Below are positions 52,009-64,000 of a DNA stretch of 64,000 bases, one piece after another. Every line of letters starts with the position of its first letter. Positions within the stretch are counted from its first letter, which is position 1. Source of the DNA: Octopus vulgaris. Lineage: Eukaryota. The notes beneath the pieces were generated by a model. The model ran no database searches and was not told where the DNA came from. It was given only the letters and a program-made list of their open reading frames with translations. The stretch covers positions 71,362,001-71,426,000 of the forward strand of contig OX597826.1 in NCBI GenBank assembly GCA_951406725.2. The letters run 5' to 3'. The position numbers and the translations under genes are program-made.

Positions 52009-52211
52009 GAAAAAAAAAATTCACGTGATATATACATATATATGTATATATATATATATATATATAATCCACTCACAAGGCTTTGATCGGCTGAAACTAT
52101 AGTAGAAGACACTTGCCCAAAGTGCCACGCAGTGGGACTGAACCTGGAACCATGTGGTTGGTAAGCAAGCTACTTACCACACAGCCACTCCTGCGCTATG
52201 GAAGAAAACTC

Positions 52212-52275
<64 letters not shown>

Positions 52276-52277
52276 AG

Positions 52278-52364
<87 letters not shown>

Positions 52365-52365
52365 T

Positions 52366-54163
52366 GGGAAGCCAGGGGCTGCACCAGGCTCCAGTCTGAT
52401 CAGGATGCTACTGCGGGATGCCCTTCCTAACGCCAACCACTCCGTGAGTGTAGTGGGTGCTTTTTACGTGTCAGGGGAGTCTGGCATCGGCCATGATCGG
52501 TTGGTGCTTTTAACGTGCCACCGACACAGAAGCCAGTCGAGGCGGCGCTGGCATCGGCCACATTCGGATGGTGCTTTTTATGTGCCATCGGCACAGGTAT
52601 CACAACTACTATTTCCATTGATATTTATTTCGATGTTCATGTACTTGACTCAATAGGTCTCCTCAAGCACAGCGGGATGTTCTGGTATCCAAGGTACTTT
52701 GAATGGGCAGGGCTATGCGGGACTGGTGCAGGAAGCAGCCCGGGTCTTTGCAGTCTCAGCATATCTCCAGAGATCTTGGTCCTTCGTCATTGCCTCTGTG
52801 AGGCCCAACCATCTGAGGTCACGCTTGACTACCTCATCCCATGTCTTCCTGGGTCTTCCTCTCCCCCTGATACCTTCAACTGTTTGGGAGCGGCACTTCT
52901 TCACACATCTCTCCTCATCCATCCGCAGTACATGACCATACCATCGCAAGCGTTGCTCTTGCACACCACATCTGATGCTTCGTATGTCCAGCATTTCTCT
53001 CAGGGTGCTTACTCTCTGTCGTGCGCGCACACTGACATTACACATCCAGCGGATCATGCTAGCTTCATTCCTTTCAAGTCTACGCATGTCCTCTGCAGTC
53101 ACGCCCATGTTTCACTACCGTGAAGCATGGCAGTTCGCACACATGCATCATACAATCTACCTTTCACTCTGAGCGAGAGACCCTTTGTCGCCAGTAGGGG
53201 TAGGAGCTTTCTAAACTTTGCCCAGGCTATTCGTATTCTAGTGGTGACACTCTCTGAGCATCCACCTCCACTACTAACTTGGTCACCCAGGTAGCGGAAA
53301 CTATCAACTACTTCTAGTTTCTCCCCCTGGAGTGTGATGGAATCTGTTTTCTGAGTATCTGTGGTGTCTATTGTCCCTGTGCATCTGCCGCACATGAAAG
53401 CTATCTTATCAGTTAATTTCCCTTTGATGTTGCTGCACCTCTTATGCGTCCATAGCTTACACTGGGTACATCTTATGGAGTTTCTACCTACACCTTTCCT
53501 ACAGATCGAGCAGGGCCACCTGCCCGAGAGTGTGTGTGCTGAGTTCGCCTTTCTGCTTACTATAATTTTGGTCTTTGCTACGTTTACTGTAAGGCCCTTT
53601 GATTCTAACCCTTGCTTCCACACCCGAAATTTCTTTTCTAGTACCGGTAGTGATTCTGCTATGAGAGCCAGGTCATCAGCATAGAGGAGCTCCCAGGGGC
53701 AACCTGTTTTGAATTCCTCTGTTATTGCCTGGAGGACTATGATGAATAAAAGGGGACTGAGGGCTGAGCCTTGGTGTACACCTACTTCTACCCGGAATTC
53801 TTCACTATATTCGTTTCCAATTCTTACCTTGCTGACAGCCTCTCTGTATAGGGCATGTACAGCCCTTATTAGCCATTCGTCAATCTCCAGTTTCCGCATC
53901 GACCACCAAATAAGGGATCGGGGGACCTTGTCAAAGGCTTTCTCCAAGTCCACAAAAGCTATGTAGAGGGGTTTATCTTTAGCTAGGTACTTCTGCAGTT
54001 GTCGGAGCAGGAATATAGCATCAGTGGTGCTTCTACCTGGAACAAAACCGAACTGCATCTTATTTAAGCAAATCCTCTCCCTAATGAGATGGGCTATGAC
54101 CCTCTCTGAGACCTTCATCACCTGATCCAACAGTTTAATAACCCTGTAGTTATTTCTATCTAG
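52366..54163 (-). mobile_element. 5'-truncated RTE LINE with near-intact RT (ORFs 54130-53099 and 53108-52713, frameshift between them) and 3' UTR
   Basis: QFGFVPGRSTTDAIF, FVDLEKAFD, GVHQGSALSPLLF, LLYADD, FRYLG, LRWYGHVLRM, RGRPRKTW. Confidence 0.95.
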
Positions 54164-54470
54164 TAGTTTATCTTTTGACCCTGAAAGAATTTGACTTCAG
54201 CTGGATTTGATCTCAGAACATAGAGAACCGCAACAATTACTGCAAAGCTGTCAATTGGCTATCGTGAAGACCCGATAGAAAAAGCAGATAAACCTCACTC
54301 AGCTCACGCCTTACTGTTATAAGAAAGAAAGGCTATTGTAGATAATGTAATTTCAACATTACTCATAGCCAAAAGACAGGATGGTCATGGCTAGAACGTC
54401 TTTAAGCAAACGATTTCTGGATTAGAGATGATCTGGGAGCTGGACAACGACATCTAAAATTAGAACTCAC

Positions 54471-54814
54471 TAGAATTAAATGTTCACTAGAGATAGCACA
54501 AGAGGTAGACGTGGCCGCATTTCCCGCGACACACATCGAACCCGTGCTCTATGGTGTCAGCTTGATGCAGTCATATGTATATCAGGGACAATATATGTGT
54601 GGCTGCAATTCAGCCATTTGATCAGATAACTGGAAGAGAGGGCAACAACAATAACAATGCCAACAATATCAAATACACACACACACACAAAACACCACCA
54701 CCCCCAGCAACAAGATAATCATCGTTAATTTTAGAGAGGATCACTTTACTTAAATTAACGAGAATAATGAACTCACCTGGCGTAATTTCATATCGTCAAC
54801 CAATAGTGCCACAC
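54471..54814 (-). other. Two candidate exons (54814-54777 and 54629-54471) joined by a 147-nt GT-AG intron
   Basis: CAG|gtgagt donor and ccctctcttccag acceptor; spliced frame GVALLVDDMKLRQ/LSDQMAELQPHIYCP*; a further gtgagt at 54470. Confidence 0.35.
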
Positions 54815-55180
54815 CTGAGATGTTAGTCACGTTGTGATTGAGAAATTTGGTCAACATAAATATTACTTTACACACTCTGCTATCATATTTTCTTATGCAA
54901 CAATCAATTTCTATCCTGTTTCTTTATTTTGAGTTCGTTTCAAATACTTTAAGAAGTTTTATCCTGATTTCAAATGTCGGACAAAACAGTGATTCGGAAA
55001 AATGATACGTCTAAAACTGGTGGTGCATATGTATGTGTGTATATATGTGTATGTATGTGTGTTTGCATGCATGTATGAATCTGCATCTATGTGCATATGT
55101 ATTTATGAATGCATGTATATATGTATGTGTGTGTGTATGTTTATATGTATGTGTGTAGGAATGTGTTTGTAAGCATGCAA

Positions 55181-55215
<35 letters not shown>

Positions 55216-55937
55216 TCTATGTATGCATGCATACATGCATGCATGCATGTGTGTATGCATATATGTATGTATGAATGTATGTATGTATGAATGTATGTAT
55301 GCATGCATGCATGTATGTATGTATGTATGTATGTATGTATGTATGTATGTATGTATGTATGTATGTATGCATGCATGTATGTACGTACGTATGTATGCAT
55401 GTATGTGTGTATGTGTGTATGTATGTATGTATGTATGTATGTATATATGTATGTATGTCTGTATGTATGCATGTATGTATGTCTGTATGTATGTGTTTGT
55501 AAGTATGCAAATATATATGTATGTATGTATCTATGTATGTCTGTCTGTATGTCAGGTCACTTACAAGGCTCTCATAAGTGCTGCTGGTAACATGGAATCC
55601 AGTACAACCAGTTGCATGGTTGGGTTGTCAGCAACTAAACTGGCAACCCCACCTGGATATCCAGATGAGGAGCGTTGCTAGAAACCCAACAAAATTAAAA
55701 ACAAGACCTGTTGAAAAGTCGGATGAACGGCTGTCTAGCAATAGCAGCTGAAAAGGTTGGAATTAATTCCAGTTGGTTTTAAGTTAATCATTTAACTTAA
55801 ATATTACTTTACACACTCTGCTATCATATTTTGTTATACATGTATGCGTGTATGTATATATATGTAATTATGTATGCATGTCTGTTTTTATACCTCTATG
55901 TATGTATGTACATATGTATTTATGGAAGTGTATTTGT

Positions 55938-56230
55938 AAGTGGATTTGGTAGACGGAAACTGAAAGAAGCCTGTCGTATATATGTATATATATGTGTATG
56001 TGTGTGTATGTGTTTATGTGTCTGTGTTTGTCCCCCTAGCATTGCTTGACAACCGATGCTGGTGTGTTTACGTCCCCGTCACTTAGCGGTTCGGCAAAAG
56101 AGACCGATAGAATAAGTACTGGGCTTACAAAGAATAAGTCCCGGGGTTGATTTGATCGACTAAAGGCGGTGTTCCAGCATGGCCGCAGTCAAATGACTGA
56201 AATAAGTAAAAGAGTAAAAGAGTAAAGAGT
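55938..56230 (+). mobile_element. CORE-type SINE family D, 3' part
   Basis: Family D consensus. Confidence 0.85.
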
Positions 56231-56242
56231 ATATACGTAAAA

Positions 56243-56279
<37 letters not shown>

Positions 56280-56751
56280 GAAGCGGGAGAGACCGTTGAT
56301 GCACTGGTTTTGGGTTTTGGGTACTGACTTTCCTTGTTCTATAACCAAATCTGAACATTTGTTTTGGCCAAATTCCATGCCTATCTCAGCTGAAAAGGTT
56401 ATTAATTCCAGTTATTTTTAAGCATTGTTCACACTTTTAGCATAAATCTTCAGGTCGTCTACAAAGAAATTGAGTTACATTGATATGGTAGGTGAGTACA
56501 TATGTTTGTATGTATAAAATACAGTGTACATTTAAACACAATAAGAGGTGTCCATCATTGGACTACCTCACACTAGAAGGAACAGCTAAAGTCCAAACCA
56601 CTAATTAGGGATAAATTCTAAAAGGGAATGAAAGATAAAAACATTTACCATCTATTTCCTGGATCGGTATTATTAATTATGTTTGTATGTATGTATTTAT
56701 GTATTTATGTATGTGTATTTGTATATGTATGTATATATATATATATGTATG

Positions 56752-56825
<74 letters not shown>

Positions 56826-56901
56826 GAGAGAGAGAGAGAGAGATGGGGAATGGAGAGAGAGAGAGAGAAGAAGATAATGGTAATGTGTATGTGTGTGTGT
56901 A

Positions 56902-57540
56902 CAGGGTGTTCCCAAATTAAGGCCCCCAATTTTGGACTTCAATAACAATCAATAGATGCGATAAGATATAAAAATTATACATCATTGTAAAAGCTTAGTG
57001 TGTCTTGTGTTTGCTTCAGACTAAATAAACTCAGATTTAAGGATTAGATAATGGCTACAGACCGAAATTCAATCATAATACTCTCCAAGGAGGCGAAAGT
57101 AATACAACTATAGCAAAAAAATGCTTAAAAGTAACCGAACAACAGTCAAGAAAAGTGTGAAGAAATTTCAAGAGACTGGTTCCACGGCTGATCACCCTGG
57201 ACGTGGCCAAAAAAGCAATGTGCAAACCGCTCAGCTTATCATAAGTACCAGAGAGAAGATATGGTGAAATCCTCATCATTCCCTCAGAAAAATGAGCTGA
57301 ACATCAATGTATCCCAGTACTGAAGGAGGGTCTCAGGACCCAACGCTAAAAGATGATCCATTGTCATGAGCTCACACAAGTTTACTAAGCCACGAGAGTG
57401 GAGAGGAATCGTCTTATCATGCGTAAGGTTGTTGAAAGCACGCTGCCCTAACTGGGGTTCACTGATGAAAAGAAATTTGACACCAAATAGACAGCAAACC
57501 AGCAGAATGGCCAGATTCGGAGTGTATTTGGCTCTGTCAA
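56902..57540 (+). mobile_element. Tc1/mariner-superfamily transposon 5' remnant
   Basis: TA|cagggtgttcccaaa TIR-like start; VKKFQETGSTADHPGRG...REKI..NP..SLRKM and FTDEKKFD motifs. Confidence 0.75.
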
Positions 57541-57556
57541 GGGTGGATTGATAAAT

Positions 57557-57700
57557 CGATGTCAACAAGTTCAAATCCACAGTTAAACACAGCAGCCATT
57601 GGAACAGATTTGTGTCCTGGAGAACTGCCTTGGTGAATCAAGACCATTTCAGTAAATTTCCCTCTGTGTTTGTCTTGAAGGCCTTTTGTAACAGCCTCAC
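57557..57700 (-). mobile_element. mariner catalytic-domain fragment
   Basis: VLIHQGSSPGHKS..MAAVFNCGFELVD resembles HQDNAPAH...GFELVDHP. Confidence 0.6.
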
Positions 57701-58345
57701 AAGGAATGAAGCCAGTATGCTCCGCTGTATGTGTAATGTCAGTGTGCATACTCGACAGAGTGTAAGCATCTTTGAGAGACAAGTTGGATCTAAGAAGCCT
57801 CAGATGTGGTGTGCAAGAGAGACGAATGCGCTGGTATGGACATGTGGTGAGAATGGATAAGGTGCTGTGTGAAAAAGTGCCACACCCTAGTGGTTGAGGG
57901 AGCCTGTGGAAGAGGTAGACCCAGGAAGACCTGGGATGAGGTGGTGAAGCACAACCTTCAAACATTAGGCCTCACCGAGGCAATGACTAGTGACTGAGAC
58001 CTTTGGAAATATGCAGTGCATGAGAAGACCCAGCAAACCAAATGGCCTATGCCAGGGGTGTAACCAGCGCAGTTATGCATACCTTTCCTTCATTGGAGAC
58101 TAAACTCTGCTTGCGAAGCCCTGTTGAGACAAGTGAAATTGAAATTGAATCAAATTCGCAAATTCAATGACTGACACCCATCCAGTGAGCACTAAGAGCA
58201 CCATCCGAGCATAATCATTGCCAGAGCAGCTGATTGGCTTCTGTGCAGGTGGCACGTAAAATTCACCATTTCGAGTGTGGCCATTGCCAATACCGCCTGA
58301 CTGGCCCTCGTGCCAGTCGTACGTAAAAGCACCCACTACACCCTC
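57700..58345 (+). mobile_element. RTE LINE 3' fragment
   Basis: RNEASMLR.MCNVSV..RQS...WYGHV...GRPRKTWDEVV plus 3' UTR. Confidence 0.85.
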
Positions 58346-58636
58346 AGAGTTGTTGCGTTGTTATATCTCTCTATGCTTTATCGCCCCACCCTCTGTCTCT
58401 CCCCCTCCCCCTCTCTCTCTTAGTCTCTCCCTCTCATTTTCATAGTTAAGTCACGTTGTCGCTTTACATAGAAAGTTAAATATTTAGAGGAGAAACAGAT
58501 TAGATTTCTATTGAAAAATGAATATGGCTTGAATTTATAAGATTTTTTCAACCACGCCCTAGCTGGAGCCTTTTAGATCATAAAACATATATATATACTC
58601 ATACACCCCAAATCACATATGTATGTGTGGATATAT

Positions 58637-60049
<1,413 letters not shown>

Positions 60050-60062
60050 TTATTTATATATA

Positions 60063-60096
<34 letters not shown>

Positions 60097-60105
60097 AAAA
60101 TATAT

Positions 60106-60202
60106 AATCGTAGGAATTCGAAAATTTTTTTACTGAAAAATTGTAAGGGGGTGGGGCAAAGAAATTCATTGCATGCCCAGCCCCAGAAGTCACCGCACGC
60201 CA

Positions 60203-60278
<76 letters not shown>

Positions 60279-60381
60279 ATATATATATCTTTATATATAT
60301 ATGTATATATATATATCTTTATATATATATGTATATATATATATAGAATGTATACACAATATATATATGAAATAATTGTAT

Positions 60382-60473
<92 letters not shown>

Positions 60474-60544
60474 ATTTGTATACAATTATTTCATATATAT
60501 ATTGTGTATACATTCTATATATATATATACATATATATATAAAG

Positions 60545-60601
<57 letters not shown>

Positions 60602-60710
60602 GAAAAATACAACATGGACAGAACGTATAACTCTTAGAAGACGCACAATAAACACGGACGGACATTCGAAACCTCAGTCTTCAGTCAAGAACCGGATCAT
60701 CTAGTAATTT

Positions 60711-60766
<56 letters not shown>

Positions 60767-60867
60767 TGGCGTGCGGTGACTTCTGGGGCTGGGCATGCAA
60801 TGAATTTCTTTGCCCCCCCCCCCCCCGGACAATTTTTCAGTAAAAAAATTTTCGAATTCCTACGATT
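60106..60867. repeat. Nested inverted duplication: outer arms 60106-60205 / 60764-60867, inner palindrome about 60313-60546
   Basis: Direct reverse-complement match; outer arm starts cagtggcgtgcg (hAT-like end); PLE-like fragment 60600-60712 inside. Confidence 0.9.
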
Positions 60868-60938
60868 TACATATGGGAGATTCTGAATATGCAATCACCC
60901 CCGTATGACCTAGAATAAAAATAAAAAAACGTCGCCCT

Positions 60939-61189
60939 GGTACTATTTAAGGGGAGTGGTCCCGTTGGCGCGCTCGCGCATCCGCGCTGGCTAGTCGTGA
61001 CTAGTCGAACCTACGACTGTCTAGCAAAGTAAATAAATTTTGTAAACAAAATATATAAAACACAAAAACACAAAGTAAATAATGTTTTAAACAAAGTAAA
61101 TAAAACACAAAGTAAGGATCGACTAGTCACGACTAGCTGGCGTGGATGCCCGGGTGCGCGCACCGGGACCACTCTTCTTAAATAGTACC
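60939..61189. mobile_element. MITE-like element with TIRs of about 70 bp
   Basis: ggtactatttaag...ctagtcgtgactagtcga / tcgactagtcacgactag...cttaaatagtacc. Confidence 0.7.
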
Positions 61190-61406
61190 CATGATTTTAA
61201 AATTGTTTGCAATGCTCATCAAATTTGTTGAAATTCGAAAGTTCCATGAATTTAAACTCTTCTAAGGATGAATATCGTGCTTTTATTTGGTCAACTATTG
61301 TACTGATAATTTTGTTATAAAGCATTTTATAATGTCGTTGGGGCTCAATAGATATATTCTTGGATCTCTGAATTCCGATTCCTGCATCAACTCCATATTT
61401 TTCCCC

Positions 61407-61740
61407 CCGGGTTCAGTCCCACTGCGTGGCACCTTGGGCAAGTGTCTTCTACTATAGTCTCGGGCCGACCAAAGCCTTGTGAGTGGATTTGGTAGACCGA
61501 AACTGAAAGAAGCCCTTGGTATATATGTATATATATGCGTGTGTGTGTTTGTGCGTCTGTGTTTGTCCCCCTAGCATTGCTTGACAACCGATGCTGGTGT
61601 GTTTATGTCCCCGTTACTTAGCGGTTCGGCAAAAGAGAGCGATAGAATAAGTACTGGGCTTACAAAAGAATAAGTCCCGGGGTCGAGTTGCTCGATTAAA
61701 GGCGGTGCTCCAGCATGGCAGCAGTCAAATGACTGAAACA
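61407..61740 (+). mobile_element. CORE-type SINE family D
   Basis: Family D consensus. Confidence 0.85.
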
Positions 61741-62456
61741 ACAAAATTCCTCATCTTATAATGTGTGGCCCGAGTAGACCTGAATGAAATTGGGTTATAT
61801 TAACCAAAATGTGAAAAGAGGTCTAAATGGGGCTGGAAGGGGATTAAAATTTACAGGAGCAGGTGTTTAGGAATTCTCTGTTACATCAAGCTAAAAAAAT
61901 TTGCGCCAGCCTTTAAATCTTCAATGTGTTGCCGTCCATGATGAAGAAGTTTTGAATGCTTGCATTGGTGAGTCTACTGTCGTGAGAAAGAATCACTTCA
62001 AAACTTAATGTTTAGGAATTTTTTTTTACATCAAGTTCAAAATTTTACGCCAGCCGTTAAACTGCCACTACGTTACTGTCCGCCGTTAATGAATACCAGT
62101 CATGGTGACTCTACTATCCTCAGATTCTATCCCTTCAAGCATGGGTTTCCAATATTTTTTTTTCTTCAGCTCGCAAGTTCGTCTGTCCCTTTTAAATGTT
62201 AGTATTTTGCTGTCTGCCTTGAAGCAGACCTTTCCGTTGTCACTGCCTGATATAGATGATTGATCTTTCAAAATATTTTACTTTCTCAACTTGCTCAAGA
62301 TCTTTTTGTTGTTTATAAATGGGAGAGAGATAGATAGATAAAGATAGAGAGTAAGAGAAAGCGAAGGAGAGTCCGAGAGAAAGGAAGAGTAAGAGAGTGG
62401 GAAAGTGAGAGAGAAAGGAAAGAGAAACAAAGAGGGAGAATGAGGTGATAAAAAAC

Positions 62457-63007
62457 AGAAAGGAAGCAACAGAAAGTAACAACCACACATTTACCCATGC
62501 GTAGAGCGGGTCACCTTAACCTAGTATATTCACATATTCATTTATATCTACAGAACAGGCATAAAGCCCGACGTTTAAAAATATAATAAGATCACGTGAT
62601 ATATAAATAAACATCATATAAAATATATAAATATATAAAAAAAATCAGTGTTGCATACAAAACACATTGAATTGGACGATTTGGCCGGGGTCTGGGAAGC
62701 CAGGAGGCTTCACTAGGCTCCAGTCTGATCTGGCAGTGTTTCTACAGCTGGATGCCCTTCCTAAACGCCAACCACTCCGTGAGTGTAGTGGGTGCTTTTT
62801 TCTTGCCACCGGCACAGGTGCCAGAGGGGGCGGGCTGGCAGCGGCCACGATCGGTTGGTGCTTTTTACGTCCCACCGGCACAGAAGCCAGTCAAGGCGAC
62901 GCTGCCATCGGCCACGTTCGAATGGAGCTTTTTACGTGCCGAAAGGAAGCAACAGAAAGTAACAACCACACTCTTACCCGCGCGTAGAGCGGGTCACCTT
63001 AAGCTAG
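62457..63007 (+). mobile_element. Duplicated Helitron 3' ends (62457-62524 and 62941-63007) flanking a minus-strand RTE 3' UTR (62645-62940)
   Basis: Hairpin acccgc-gcgtaga-gcgggt followed by CTAG|T (first copy has mismatches in the hairpin). Confidence 0.7.
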
Positions 63008-63008
63008 T

Positions 63009-63124
<116 letters not shown>

Positions 63125-63129
63125 GTATG

Positions 63130-63200
<71 letters not shown>

Positions 63201-63353
63201 ATACATACACACGCACATACATGTATACTTACATACCCATACATACATACATACGTACATACATACATACATACATACATACATACATACATACAAACAT
63301 ACATACATACATACATACATACATACATACATACATACATACAATAAACTCAC

Positions 63354-63437
63354 AAGTATGATTGCTTCATCTTCACAGATGATTGCTATCTCTCTGAGTT
63401 TCTTCGTTGTCAATGACATTTCTGACCTTCCGTCCAT
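63354..63437 (-). CDS. Candidate coding exon [28 protein letters not shown]
   Basis: ATG-initiated open frame in non-repetitive sequence ending at a gtgagt donor. Confidence 0.3.
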
Positions 63438-63617
63438 GACCTCTCAGATAACTATTCATTCCCGCTGCAGATTTACATGGTTTGAAGCATAGGTGACACA
63501 GGCGAATTCTAACTTGCACAGGATTGATGGGATCACTTTATGATATACAACGTTTCAGAAAAAAAGGGAACCAGCCAATACAGAAAGCAATGTGATATGA
63601 CTCACATATATACCTAC

Positions 63618-63965
63618 GTGGAGGTGCAATGCCCCAGTGGTTAGGGCAGCGGACTCGCAGTTGTAGGATCGCGGTTTCGATTCCCAGACCGGGCGTTGTG
63701 AGTGTTTATTGAGCGAAGACACTTAAAGCTCCACAATGCTCTAGCAGGGGGTGGGTAGCAAACCCTGCTGTACTCTTTCAACACAACTTTCTCTCACTCT
63801 TTCATTGTTTCCGTTGTACCTGTATTTCAAAGGGCCAGCCTTGAATCTCCCCGAGAACTACGTTAAGGTTGGAGTACTCAACCACCTACACGTTAATTTC
63901 ACGAGCAAGCTTTTCCGTTGATCGGATCCACTAAAACCCTCGTCGTCGTAACCTACGGAGTGCCA
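63618..63965 (+). mobile_element. SINE family A
   Basis: tRNA-like head plus family A body with internal deletions. Confidence 0.85.
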
Positions 63966-64000
63966 CGTATATACCTACATTCCTTTGTGCAAGAATTTAA

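Overview
AT-rich, repeat-saturated animal genomic DNA, not prokaryotic. The SINE/RTE repertoire and microsatellite load suggest a cephalopod such as Octopus; this is inference from recalled repeat families. No long intact host gene is visible. Most ORF-track entries are microsatellite or satellite read-throughs or TE remnants. Content: several tRNA-derived SINE families in dozens of copies; RTE LINEs whose reverse transcriptase carries an inserted PHD-like zinc finger; CR1, R4/Dong, Ty3/gypsy and Penelope-like (PLE) remnants; Merlin, mariner/Tc1 and Chapaev3-like DNA transposon relics; non-autonomous Helitrons and MITEs. Highlights: (1) a recurring system of short elements carrying minimal type-I hammerhead ribozymes, sitting mostly at (TA)n tracts and repeatedly tied to fold-back duplications that include flanking DNA; (2) a 7.6 kb compound 22/9/10-bp satellite with higher-order structure occupying the middle of a Chapaev3-like transposase; (3) an 11.5 x 184-bp head-less SINE tandem array; (4) candidate duplicated symmetric 30-nt micro-exons on the + strand and a candidate spliced transcript on the - strand. 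All coordinates were read by eye and may be off by a few bases.
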